Shown piece by piece: positions 39,636-49,775 of a stretch of 64,000 nucleotides of DNA (within the stretch, counting starts at the first letter, position 1; every line of letters begins with the position of its first letter). Under the pieces are notes generated by a model. The model did no database searches. It was not told where the DNA came from and saw only the letters and a program-made list of their open reading frames with translations. This DNA comes from Nitrospinota bacterium. GTDB taxonomy: Bacteria > UBA8248. The DNA is taken from assembly GCA_036231405.1 (NCBI GenBank), contig JAZAHK010000003.1, forward strand, positions 128,001 through 192,000. Direction: 5' to 3'. The translations under genes and the position numbers were made by a program.

Positions 39636-40760
39636 CTATTTCGTAAGTTCAGACTGCAACTCTTCAGGATCGATTGGAAGGGCCAAGGGCGCCTCCATTT
39701 TGGCAGACAAATCACAAGCCATCGTCAACATGAGATTCCTGTGCCCTTCTTCAGCTGTACAATGAGGGGTATTTACTCCCGCATAAATTCTCGCAAGCCA
39801 AGAATTAGTTTCCTCCCGCATAGGACCCCAGAATTGACCTCTAGAAATATCGCCAGGAGGATAACTTGCAAGAAAATTGACATGTCTTTCGTCCCCACGA
39901 TGAGCAACCCAAGGTTTCTCCGTAGCCATAACCATATCTCTATGCGTATCATCTATAGTAAGAACACCGCCCGTTCCAACTATCCCAATCTCAAGACTGT
40001 AAGTTGATGCAGGCCAGACAACGGGTAAACCCCAACTGCAAGACATACTCCATAGAGTTCCATCTTCAAAAGTAAAGATACTAAATGTAGAATCTTGTGT
40101 CCCCAGTCCAGTAAGTGCTTTTGCAACCGAGCGGGCATAAATCTCAACTGGTTTTTTACCCTCGCCCAAAACCCAGAGAATAACGTCTAGCGCGTGAGTC
40201 CCCGATATAACCATTGGCGTTAAAAATGAACGATCCTCGTTAGCCTCTAGACGCGTAATTCCTACCATACGATTTAAAAAAGCTCTTGTTGTGGCCGAAG
40301 TGATATCCCCCAACTGACCCGAAGCGACTTGCTCTCTTGCAACTAACCATTTCCTTCTAAATCTTTGTGTATAACCAACAACAAGATCTATATTTTGATC
40401 TTTAGCTGCTTTAACTATATTTGCAGATTCTACTACATTTGTGGCTAGTGGCTTTTCTGCAATAATCCTATGTCCATGTTCTATAGACTCGAAAAGTGTC
40501 TCTGCATGTACGTTTTCATCCGTTGCTAGAACAGCAGAGTTCACTTCTGATCGTCTCAGTAGTTCTCTATAGTCGGTAGTAAAAAAATCGGCATTTAGAT
40601 CTTCAGCTAATTGTTTTCCTTTTTTTTTGTCAACATCACAGCAACCGATCCATTCTGATCCAGGATATTCTAATGCACAACGACCTCGGATCCTTCCCAC
40701 ACGCCCACAACCAACTATTCCTAATCCGATTGGTATCTTTTCTTTATCATTCCCATGCAC
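39636..40760 (-). CDS. Gfo/Idh/MocA-family oxidoreductase
   Basis: GIVGCGRVG, EKPLA, GYTQRF, GTHALD. Confidence 0.9.
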   Translation of the reverse strand: MHGNDKEKIPIGLGIVGCGRVGRIRGRCALEYPGSEWIGCCDVDKKKGKQLAEDLNADFFTTDYRELLRRSEVNSAVLATDENVHAETLFESIEHGHRIIAEKPLATNVVESANIVKAAKDQNIDLVVGYTQRFRRKWLVAREQVASGQLGDITSATTRAFLNRMVGITRLEANEDRSFLTPMVISGTHALDVILWVLGEGKKPVEIYARSVAKALTGLGTQDSTFSIFTFEDGTLWSMSCSWGLPVVWPASTYSLEIGIVGTGGVLTIDDTHRDMVMATEKPWVAHRGDERHVNFLASYPPGDISRGQFWGPMREETNSWLARIYAGVNTPHCTAEEGHRNLMLTMACDLSAKMEAPLALPIDPEELQSELTK

Positions 40761-40915
40761 TTTCTTTTTCCTTCATTTTATGCAAAGAAATATATATACA
40801 TTTTTCAACACAAGTTTGAGTTTATTGGTAATATTTATGTTACAAGTATATTGCAAATCTCACACAAAATATAATTAAAAGTGGGAAAATAAGTTTTATT
40901 TCAGAGGAGAGGACT

Positions 40916-42589
40916 ATGTCTGAGATGATAGGAGCGAGATATATTGGAGAGTTCTTAGTTAAATACGGTGTTAGCACCTTCTTTTTCAAACCATCGATAC
41001 TCAGTAAAACACTAGCACAGATGGATGATTTGCCAATTAAAAGAGTTTTAACTCACGGGGAAAAAGCTGCTGCTTATATGGCAGATGGGTACGCAAGAGC
41101 AAGTGGAAAACCAGGGGTGTGCGGTGCACAAACAGTGGGTGCGGCAAATTTGGCTGCTGGACTTCGTGATGCCTATATGGAGAATAGTCCTGTTATCTCA
41201 TTGACAGGAGGAAGATTCTCACATTCAAAGCATAAAAGACCATATCAAGAAATAGACGACTATCCATTATTCGAACCACTTACAAAGGCAAATTTACAAG
41301 TAGACCAAGTTGAGAGAATACCAGATCTCATGAGACAAGCATTTAGAGAAGCTACTTCAGGGACTCCAGGTCCAGTGAATCTTCAATTTTTGGGAAATCA
41401 TGGAGAAATTGAAAACGATATTGCAAACCTTGATATGATTGTAGAAGAAGAATACAAACAAACACCCTCTTTCCGATCGAGACCAGATCCAGAATTGCTT
41501 GAAAAACTAATCGTCAGATTGGACAATGCCAAACGACCAGTAATCATAGTGGACTCAGAGGCAAGAAGATCTGGTGCGGCGAAAGAACTATGTGATCTTT
41601 CCTCTAAACTTTCTATCCCAATTGCAACCTCTACTGGAGCTTATGCGCTTGTACCTGAGAATCACCCCAACTATATAGGTGTACCAGGCACTTATTCACG
41701 ATCATGCACGAACCAAGTACTCTCAAAATCTGACCTGGTACTATTCGTAGGCAGTGAAGTCGGAGGACAAGTAACACACTTTTGGAAACTTCCTGCTGCA
41801 GGAACAGATGTAATCCAGATTGGGAACGATAGCAACGAGTTTGGAAGAACTTATCCAAATTCACTTTCCATCTTGGGAGATGTAAAAGTTACAATTCAGG
41901 AGTTGATAAAGAAGATCCTTAAAGACAAAGAACCTACTTCCTGGCTTTTAGAAACAAGAGAAATTGTAGAAAAATGGAAAAAAGAACAATCTTCCCATAG
42001 GAACTCGAATGCTTCGCCTATAAGACCTGAAAGAATTATGAAGGAACTGAGTCAGTCCCTTCCTGAAAACGTCCTCTTCGTTTGTGATACTGGACATTCG
42101 GCCTTATGGGCAACACAACAATTATGGATAAATAGTGAATCCTGGGATATGATTCGATGCGCTGGTTCTCTCGGTTGGGCATTTCCCGCATCCATAGGAG
42201 CAAAATGTGCCTTTCCAGAACGTCCAGTAGTCTGCTTCACTGGAGACGGTGGTTTTTGGTATCACCTTCAGGAAATTGAAACTGCTGTAAGATGTAAAAT
42301 CCCGTCTGTAACAATCGTAAATAACAACCATTCAATGAACCAAGAAAAAAATGTTTATACGCCTGCATACGATGGAAATCCATCTGACAAATGGGGAGAT
42401 ATGTGGATCTTTTCTAAGGTTAACCTCTCTAATATCGCAGAAGAAATGGGGGCCCAAGGTATACGTATTGAAGACCCAGGACAAATATCATCTGCTTTAG
42501 AAAAGGGGTTTAATTCGGTTGACCGCCCAACAATTATAGAAGTAATTTCAGATATAGATGCAATGGCACCAAAAACATGGATGCCATAG
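40916..42589 (+). CDS. ThDP-dependent enzyme, acetolactate-synthase-like (paralogue 1)
   Basis: THGEK.AAYMADGYARASG, PGPV, GDGGFWYH..NN. Confidence 0.92.
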   Translation: MSEMIGARYIGEFLVKYGVSTFFFKPSILSKTLAQMDDLPIKRVLTHGEKAAAYMADGYARASGKPGVCGAQTVGAANLAAGLRDAYMENSPVISLTGGRFSHSKHKRPYQEIDDYPLFEPLTKANLQVDQVERIPDLMRQAFREATSGTPGPVNLQFLGNHGEIENDIANLDMIVEEEYKQTPSFRSRPDPELLEKLIVRLDNAKRPVIIVDSEARRSGAAKELCDLSSKLSIPIATSTGAYALVPENHPNYIGVPGTYSRSCTNQVLSKSDLVLFVGSEVGGQVTHFWKLPAAGTDVIQIGNDSNEFGRTYPNSLSILGDVKVTIQELIKKILKDKEPTSWLLETREIVEKWKKEQSSHRNSNASPIRPERIMKELSQSLPENVLFVCDTGHSALWATQQLWINSESWDMIRCAGSLGWAFPASIGAKCAFPERPVVCFTGDGGFWYHLQEIETAVRCKIPSVTIVNNNHSMNQEKNVYTPAYDGNPSDKWGDMWIFSKVNLSNIAEEMGAQGIRIEDPGQISSALEKGFNSVDRPTIIEVISDIDAMAPKTWMP

Positions 42590-42640
42590 AATAGGTGCTT
42601 ATAATAAATAATTTAAATTAAATTTCCATACGAGGGGAAA

Positions 42641-43834
42641 ATGTCTGAATCTAGTCTACCATTATCAAAATTTAAAGTTCTCGATCTAACAACAGCTCGA
42701 TCAGGTCCAACGGCAGTTAAACAGTTGGCTGATTGGGGTGCCGATGTCATTAAAATAGATCCTTCAAGAAAAATTATAGATTCTGGTGGCGGAGCAATCC
42801 AACGAGATAGACATGGATACGAGATGCAGAATCTTCATCGAAACAAACGTGGAATGACACTGAATCTGAAGAGTGAAGAAGGTAGAGAGATTTTCTACAA
42901 ACTTGTTAAAGAATCGGATGTTGTCATAGAAAATTATCGACCGGACGTTAAAAATCGTCTCAAAATAGATTATGAAACCTTAAAATCTATTAATGAAAAA
43001 ATAATACTAGGCAGTATCTCAGGTTTTGGTCAATCTGGACCATACTCTAAACGTCCAGGTTTAGACCAAATCGCCCAAGGACTGAGCGGACTGATGTCTG
43101 TCACCGGCATGCCTGAAAATGGACCAACCAGAGTAGGTGTTCCAATTGGGGATCTAACAGCCGGAATGATGCTTGCGCAAGGCGTTCTTATTGCTTTGCT
43201 CGAAAGAGAAACATCAGGTAAAGGACAATGGGTACACACATCTTTATTAGAGGGGTTAATTCAAATAATGGATTTGCAAGCAGCTCGTTACCTCATGGCA
43301 GGAGAGGTGCCTAAGCAAGTAGGTAATTTACATCCCGTATATCTTCCAACTGGAGTTTTTCCCACTTCAGACTCTTCTGTGAATATACAATCCCCTGGCC
43401 AACTTTTCTGGAAAAGATTAAGTACTGCTCTTGGAAAGCCTGAACTTTTTGACGACGAAGATTTCAAAACCCCAGAAGACCGTTGGGAAAACAAAGACAG
43501 ACTAAACAAAGAAATTTCAGAACTAACTATGCAAAAGACAACTGATGAATTGGTTCAGATCCTAAATGATGCTGGAGTACCTTGTGGTCCAATTCATAAA
43601 GTTAACGAAACGTTTGCAGATCCTCAAGTACAACAATTGAATATGAATCCGGAAATTGAGCATCCAGTAATTGGGAAAATAAATGTCGTAGGCCAAGCTT
43701 TTAAACTAAGTAGGACTCCTCAAAAAATGCGATTTCCCACACCAGAAATTGGAGAACACAACGAAGAAATATTGTCTGGATTAAATTATAGTGAAGAAGA
43801 AATTGAAGAATTAAAACAAAAAGATATTCTATAA
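42641..43834 (+). CDS. CaiB/BaiF family III CoA-transferase (paralogue 2)
   Basis: LADWGADVIK, RNKRG, ENYRP, PIGDL, GEHN. Confidence 0.92.
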   Translation: MSESSLPLSKFKVLDLTTARSGPTAVKQLADWGADVIKIDPSRKIIDSGGGAIQRDRHGYEMQNLHRNKRGMTLNLKSEEGREIFYKLVKESDVVIENYRPDVKNRLKIDYETLKSINEKIILGSISGFGQSGPYSKRPGLDQIAQGLSGLMSVTGMPENGPTRVGVPIGDLTAGMMLAQGVLIALLERETSGKGQWVHTSLLEGLIQIMDLQAARYLMAGEVPKQVGNLHPVYLPTGVFPTSDSSVNIQSPGQLFWKRLSTALGKPELFDDEDFKTPEDRWENKDRLNKEISELTMQKTTDELVQILNDAGVPCGPIHKVNETFADPQVQQLNMNPEIEHPVIGKINVVGQAFKLSRTPQKMRFPTPEIGEHNEEILSGLNYSEEEIEELKQKDIL

Positions 43835-43838
43835 AAGA

Positions 43839-44609
43839 TTAGACCATAACAATGCCGCCATTAACGTCCAAGGTTACGCCTGTAATGTAACCTGATTCTC
43901 GACTGCATAAAAACAGAATAGGCCAAGCTATTTCCTCAGGGTCACACATTCTACCTAGTGGGGAATTTGCCTTAATTTTATTCATTTGTTCTTCCGTCCT
44001 CATTGCAATGGTCCGTGGGGTATTAACATTCGCAGGAGCAACAGAATTTACAGTGATTCCATACGGGCCGAATTCTTTTGCAGCCTGCCTTGTAAGAGAA
44101 AGTATCCCGCCCTTAGAAGCCGTATAATGTGGGGAATGTGCAGCTGAACGTGCCGCAGCACTAGAGAGAGAAATAATCCGCCCGTAGTTATGTTTCTTCA
44201 TGACTGGAGTAACCGCTTTGAGCAACAAGAAAAAAGTTTTCAAATTGTTATCAACAATGCCATCCCACTGATTGACGGGAAGATCTGTAAGAGAGATATA
44301 TTTAGGAAAACCACCTGCACTATGCACTAGAGAATGAATTTGTCCTATCTGGTTTTCAATTTTCTTTATGGCGTCTTCTACAGCTACCCAATCTGTTAAA
44401 TCAACACTGGAAATTATTGTCTCTCCTCCAGAACCAGAGATTTCATTTGCAACTCTACTTACGCCTTCTTTATCGAAATCCATAAGAACAACCTTGGCAC
44501 CTCGTGAAGCGAATAATTTTGCACACATCTCCCCGATACCCGTTGCCGCACCAGTAACAACTGCACACTCTCCATCAAAGTTCATAACTGATGAACCAAT
44601 TTTTTTCAT
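43839..44609 (-). CDS. Short-chain dehydrogenase/reductase
   Basis: TGAATGIG, YTASK, VNSVAP, ITGVTLDVNGG; start may be the later Met (MNFDG). Confidence 0.92.
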   Translation of the reverse strand: MKKIGSSVMNFDGECAVVTGAATGIGEMCAKLFASRGAKVVLMDFDKEGVSRVANEISGSGGETIISSVDLTDWVAVEDAIKKIENQIGQIHSLVHSAGGFPKYISLTDLPVNQWDGIVDNNLKTFFLLLKAVTPVMKKHNYGRIISLSSAAARSAAHSPHYTASKGGILSLTRQAAKEFGPYGITVNSVAPANVNTPRTIAMRTEEQMNKIKANSPLGRMCDPEEIAWPILFLCSRESGYITGVTLDVNGGIVMV

Positions 44610-44621
44610 AATACTCTCTTT

Positions 44622-45515
44622 CTAATCAAACCTCTCTGGCAAACCCGCCATTTTTCTAAGAACTTCAAAAACTGCTACAGAATCTCTCTCAGCGTGACCA
44701 TTTTCATACGCATTTTGGGCCAATTGCGACCATATACCTGTCATTAACATAGGAGAACCGAATCTTTGTCCTTGTTCCAGCATCAATCTTGAATCCTTTA
44801 AGGAAATCTTTACTAGCCCTTCCGGACTATAGTCCCCATTTATCATCTTTGGCCCTTTATCAACCATTGTTTTTGAAGAACAAGCACCATCCTGCAGTAC
44901 CGCTAGCAAGTTATTCAATTCCATTCCCGCTTTTGTTCCTAAAGATAATCCCTCGGCAAGTGCAAGTCGATTTCCTGCAAGCACTAAGTTAATGATTAGT
45001 TTCGTAAGAGCACCTGAACCGACCGGACCCATCAAATAAGAAGCACGACTAAAACCATCAAAATATGGCTTGCAAGCCTCGAAATCTTCTTGGTCACCTC
45101 CTGCAATAATAATCAAATCTTTTTTCCAGGCCATTGCACTTGTCCCGCTAACAGCAGCATCCAGAAAACGAATTCCTTTTTCTGCTAATTCACTCCCTAG
45201 ACGCTCTGAATCCTCAGGCCTAGAGGTGGTGGCATCTGCTAGGATTAAACCATCTTGAGCACTTGCCATAATTCCCTTATCACCAAAAATGACTTCACGA
45301 ACTATATCGCTTGTGGGAAGCGAAGTTATTAACCAACTAACTCCACTTGCAGCAGCAGAAGGAGACTCTGCAGGTATTCCACCTCTCTCTACAAATTCAT
45401 CAACTCTTTTCCCGTCTATATCAAAACCTTGCACTTCATAACCAGCCTCAAGAAGATTTCCGGAAATAGCTGAACCCATCAATCCGATTCCAACTATACC
45501 AACTCGTTCTGACAT
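44622..45515 (-). CDS. Beta-hydroxyacid dehydrogenase (3-hydroxyisobutyrate/GarR family)
   Basis: GIVGIGLMG, DAAVSG, KLIIN, KD. Confidence 0.9.
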   Translation of the reverse strand: MSERVGIVGIGLMGSAISGNLLEAGYEVQGFDIDGKRVDEFVERGGIPAESPSAAASGVSWLITSLPTSDIVREVIFGDKGIMASAQDGLILADATTSRPEDSERLGSELAEKGIRFLDAAVSGTSAMAWKKDLIIIAGGDQEDFEACKPYFDGFSRASYLMGPVGSGALTKLIINLVLAGNRLALAEGLSLGTKAGMELNNLLAVLQDGACSSKTMVDKGPKMINGDYSPEGLVKISLKDSRLMLEQGQRFGSPMLMTGIWSQLAQNAYENGHAERDSVAVFEVLRKMAGLPERFD

Positions 45516-45566
45516 ACGTTAACCTCCAAGTATAAGAAAGCTTTCAAAAAAACTTTAAGAAGGGAC

Positions 45567-47195
45567 CTATCTAGGAATAAAAGGAATAATTAATCTGGAC
45601 TGATCCTTCCCCGTTAAAATAATGTTAGTAACTGTCCTGGGAATTGGATCATGCGTGTAAATTAAATTTGTGACAGGATCGCAAGATGAAATCTCCAACT
45701 TTAGTGAATGTCCCTCAAGGAACAAATTACATGTAGGCACAATTTCAATCTCATATTCATACACTTCCCCAGGTTCTATCAATTCTACCTTGTCATGAGG
45801 ATGCCATGGCCTCCAATTTTTACTTCTTTCTGAATCTAACGCTCTGTGTGAAGCTTTTAAAAAACCACGAGTTAGGATTTTTTCAGAACCGTCTGGAGAT
45901 TGATCTTTGATAAAGACAAACCAATCGGTATCATCCTGATCGGAAACTGCAAATAATTTTAGAACTAAAGGACCCGTTATTTCAAAAGGTTTTTCGGCAG
46001 GGGTCGTTTTGAAAACTAACTTTGGTTCCCCAAGCTTTGCTTTTGGAGTCCCGGGGACAAATTTATAAACTCTTTCTCCCGAAGAAGAAACATTTTCAGT
46101 AAGCTTTTCGCCGTCAAGATAGAGTTCCTTCCATGTTGTTCTTTCTAATGGCCACTCTTTCTCAACTCTCCAAGTATTTTCTCCTTGGATAAATAAATTA
46201 ATTGGAGGGCCGTCATTAACTCCCGTATCTAACCCTTTTAAGTAATGGTCATACCAACGAAGAGCTTCAAAATGGTAAACTCCAAAAGGTCTTCTTGGTT
46301 GAGGTTCAGGACCAATAAGCATCCTTTTTGGTGTACTTTCAGGAATTAAATCCCACCCCTCGAACGCACCTCTCAAATGAAGACCATAAAAATTCCAATC
46401 ACATCCAAGATATGTAGGGATTTTTATTTTCGGCAAGTTCCGCCATGAAGATCGCTCTTGAAAGTACTCCCCATCAAGAGAATCCTTCCCGCTAAGAACA
46501 CGATTAAAGTGATAATTAAAACCTGAAAGATCTTTGACACGACCACTAGTATGATTTAAAAACATTAAACTCGTGAACCAAAAACGAGCCCAAGCAGAGT
46601 AAATCCCGCCATGATAGTACGCATCACGATATAAATCAGTCATTGCGTCATATGGGAAAATTGCTGAAAGTCCTTCTGGTTGTTGTTCGGCTCCTAGCAA
46701 TTGACTCATCCCAAAATATGAACAACCAATCATACCTACCTTTCCATTACACCACGGCTGATTTGCAATAAATTCAATCATCTCTTTTAAATCTTTTTGC
46801 TCTTCAGGACCCCAATGATCCCATGAACCACCAGAATCATTAGACCCTCTAACATCAGCAATAACTTGTACATACCCCCTAGGCACCCAAAATTCTGTCA
46901 ATCCTGCTTCGTTTTGTCCTATAGGGACGACCGTTGGTTGCAACTGCCTTGTATAAGGGGACCAAGAAAGAAGCGTAGGAAATTTCTCGCCTGAGACATT
47001 GGGTCGATAAATATCATAATAGAGGTCTATACCATCTCTAACTGTAAATTTTTTAGAATTTTCTGTAAAAATAGAGTATTTAGGTTCAGAAGTTTCCCTG
47101 GTAAGAGGAACTTCATTATAAGGATATTGTGGCCAGGAAGATGGATTTACAGTTCGAATACTTTCAGGATTAACTATCGGAGTTGGACTCACCAC
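45567..47195 (-). CDS. CocE/NonD-family serine hydrolase (paralogue 2)
   Basis: RDGIDLYYDIYRP, SPY, WCNGKVGMIGCSY; clearly similar to 23182..24828. Confidence 0.92.
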   Translation of the reverse strand: MVSPTPIVNPESIRTVNPSSWPQYPYNEVPLTRETSEPKYSIFTENSKKFTVRDGIDLYYDIYRPNVSGEKFPTLLSWSPYTRQLQPTVVPIGQNEAGLTEFWVPRGYVQVIADVRGSNDSGGSWDHWGPEEQKDLKEMIEFIANQPWCNGKVGMIGCSYFGMSQLLGAEQQPEGLSAIFPYDAMTDLYRDAYYHGGIYSAWARFWFTSLMFLNHTSGRVKDLSGFNYHFNRVLSGKDSLDGEYFQERSSWRNLPKIKIPTYLGCDWNFYGLHLRGAFEGWDLIPESTPKRMLIGPEPQPRRPFGVYHFEALRWYDHYLKGLDTGVNDGPPINLFIQGENTWRVEKEWPLERTTWKELYLDGEKLTENVSSSGERVYKFVPGTPKAKLGEPKLVFKTTPAEKPFEITGPLVLKLFAVSDQDDTDWFVFIKDQSPDGSEKILTRGFLKASHRALDSERSKNWRPWHPHDKVELIEPGEVYEYEIEIVPTCNLFLEGHSLKLEISSCDPVTNLIYTHDPIPRTVTNIILTGKDQSRLIIPFIPR

Positions 47196-47222
47196 GCAGA
47201 CCCTTCAAAAATTTAAGTATTT

Positions 47223-48911
47223 CTAAAATTCAGAATATGCTCCAGGAGCAAGTGCTTTAATATCTGTAACAACATCGACAATAACTGGACCAGTTTTTGT
47301 TTTTAAAGCAGTTTGAAGTTTTGTCTTCAGATCTTTTGCTCTTTCAATTCGTATTCCATTTGCGCCCATAGATTTTGCGACTTGGACGAAATTCGTTTTT
47401 TCAAAATGCCATAATTCATGTGCTTTTCCATGTTGTTTTCCTCCATAGGCATTATCGAAAATTTTCGTTTCCTGGTTTTGAGAACTATTATTGTTCACAA
47501 GGAGAACAATGGGGATCTTCCACCTCACAGCAGTTTCAATTTCCCCAATGTGATACCAGAATCCAGCGTCTCCAGTAAACAGAACAACTGGACGATTAGG
47601 AGCAGCGCATTTCGCACCCATAGCAGCAGGAAAACCCCATCCTAGATGACCTGCAGCACGAATGAAACTCTGTTTATCTCCGTTTAAATCTAAAAAACCC
47701 CCTGTCCACATCCCAGAGTGTCCTGTATCAGACAAAAGAATTGCATCATTAGGCAGAATATCAGAAAGAACCTGGCATACCCTTTCAGGTCGTATCGGAT
47801 TCTTAGACGAATTTAATAAGGGAGAAAACTCTTTTCTCCAGTCGGAGACAATTTTTTTAACTCTTTTATTCCAATAAACTCTCTTCTCGTTCTGACCATC
47901 ATCACAAAGGTCAATCAATTTCGACAAGGAGACTTTTGCATCTCCTTGTAAAGAAGCTTTTAACGGATAATTTCTTCCAAGTTCTTCGGGATCAATATCT
48001 AATTGCATGGAGGGAACCCCAATCTTAGGGACCTTCCAGAAATGTGTTGTCATCCCACCAGTTTGTGTCCCTACAAAAAATACAAAATCTGCTTCTGAAA
48101 CCACCTGATTAGCACTTCTTCTAGAGTAACTACCAACCACACCAACAGATAAATCATGGTTTCCTGGGATTATTTCTTTACCATTCATAGAAGTAGCAAC
48201 TGGGATAGAAAGTTTTTCTGCAAGTTTGACCAACTCATTATGGGCACCAGAAACACGTACCCCTCCGCCACATACAATGACAGGCTTTTTACTAGAAGAA
48301 AGTATTTTTACCGCTTTTTTTAAGGAATCAATACTAGGTTCAGGACGATAGGCGGGGGTACTTGTGAAATCCTCCTCAACGACAAGTTTAAGATTAGCTA
48401 TTTTCTGTTCAATTTGCCCTAAATTACCTGCAAATCTTAAATGGACTGGGCCGGGCGTACCGGAGGTTGCCACTCTAAAAGCTTGTCTTAATAAATCTGG
48501 AAATCTTTCTACATCGTCGACATATGCATTGAACTTTGTGACCGGATCAAAAGCAGAAATATCCTCTACCTCTTGATATGGATTCCTGTAACGGCTCGAA
48601 GGAGTTGTCCCACCAGTAAAAGCTATTACTGGAGAGCAGGCCAAATAAGCCTCCCTAAGTCCTGCTGCAAGATTTACTCCTCCCACAATCTGTGCCATAC
48701 AAATACCGGGTCGTCCAGAAATACGTGCATATGCATCAGCCATATATGCAGCAGATTTTTCCCCATGTGTGAGAACTCTAGAGATACCTGTATTTTTTTT
48801 GTCCATTTGTGCCAAAGAATGACTCAAAATTGTAGGGACGAAAAAAATATGTGTTACACCGTATGCCTTCAAAGCATCTGCTATAAATTCGGCACCAGAC
48901 ATCCTTGGCAT
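47223..48911 (-). CDS. ThDP-dependent enzyme, acetolactate-synthase-like (paralogue 2)
   Basis: THGEKSAAYMADAYARISG, GDAGFWYH..NN. Confidence 0.92.
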   Translation of the reverse strand: MPRMSGAEFIADALKAYGVTHIFFVPTILSHSLAQMDKKNTGISRVLTHGEKSAAYMADAYARISGRPGICMAQIVGGVNLAAGLREAYLACSPVIAFTGGTTPSSRYRNPYQEVEDISAFDPVTKFNAYVDDVERFPDLLRQAFRVATSGTPGPVHLRFAGNLGQIEQKIANLKLVVEEDFTSTPAYRPEPSIDSLKKAVKILSSSKKPVIVCGGGVRVSGAHNELVKLAEKLSIPVATSMNGKEIIPGNHDLSVGVVGSYSRRSANQVVSEADFVFFVGTQTGGMTTHFWKVPKIGVPSMQLDIDPEELGRNYPLKASLQGDAKVSLSKLIDLCDDGQNEKRVYWNKRVKKIVSDWRKEFSPLLNSSKNPIRPERVCQVLSDILPNDAILLSDTGHSGMWTGGFLDLNGDKQSFIRAAGHLGWGFPAAMGAKCAAPNRPVVLFTGDAGFWYHIGEIETAVRWKIPIVLLVNNNSSQNQETKIFDNAYGGKQHGKAHELWHFEKTNFVQVAKSMGANGIRIERAKDLKTKLQTALKTKTGPVIVDVVTDIKALAPGAYSEF

Positions 48912-48959
48912 TAACTACTCCTTAAAATTACAAAAAATTTCATAATCTTTAATTTACAC

Positions 48960-49754
48960 TTACAGACCTATCATTGCCTTAGCTTCGTCAACTGTAGCAA
49001 TTTCTCTTCCCAATAATTTTGACACATTTGCTATTCGTGAAACATGTTCGGGATTATCTCCAAAAACACCAGAACTTAGAAATGGTTCATCTTCTGTACC
49101 AACACGAACATGACCACCATGCATAACTGCCATAGTCTCTAAATGAAGATGGGTATTCCCTGTCACACTAGTTATATAAATCGAATCCTCAGGCAAAGCT
49201 GAAACTCTGTGCAAGAATTCTCGCATAGTAGCTGGAGACCATGCACCACCAGGCCTTCCGAAAAATACTGTCATTAAAACTGGTGTTTGTATAAGGTCTT
49301 TCTCTAACAAATCATTAATCATCCATAATTCTCCAATACTAAAAACTTCAAACTCTGGCTTTACATTGTAATCAGTGCAAAGCTTCATCATATCTGCAAT
49401 TTCCTCACGGGGATGTAACATCATTACATCTCCCTGAATGAAAGCCATGTTATGAGCACCTACAGCGACAGACATCATTTCAGGTTGAAATTTTACAACC
49501 TCACGCCTTTGTTCAAGGGTCTGCGTAGAAATTCCGTATTGCAACATCACAGGGCAACAATCACGAATTGCCTTGGTATGATTTTCCCATGCTTCATAGT
49601 TTGTAGGAGGCGCATGAATGTGTGCAATACAAGACCCTTGCTCCCATCCTTTTTTAACTGAAGTCGCTAAAACTTCTGAATCATGGAATCTCTTCTCTAC
49701 ACCTTCGTGCATAGAAGTATCCGCAGCACAATTCACTATCATAAGCTTTGACAT
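48960..49754 (-). CDS. Beta-keto acid cleavage enzyme (BKACE/Kce, DUF849) family
   Basis: HIH zinc motif, KPEFEVF, GGHVRVGTED, GREIATVDEA. Confidence 0.85.
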   Translation of the reverse strand: MSKLMIVNCAADTSMHEGVEKRFHDSEVLATSVKKGWEQGSCIAHIHAPPTNYEAWENHTKAIRDCCPVMLQYGISTQTLEQRREVVKFQPEMMSVAVGAHNMAFIQGDVMMLHPREEIADMMKLCTDYNVKPEFEVFSIGELWMINDLLEKDLIQTPVLMTVFFGRPGGAWSPATMREFLHRVSALPEDSIYITSVTGNTHLHLETMAVMHGGHVRVGTEDEPFLSSGVFGDNPEHVSRIANVSKLLGREIATVDEAKAMIGL

Positions 49755-49775
49755 TAAAAATTCCTCATCTTTAAA

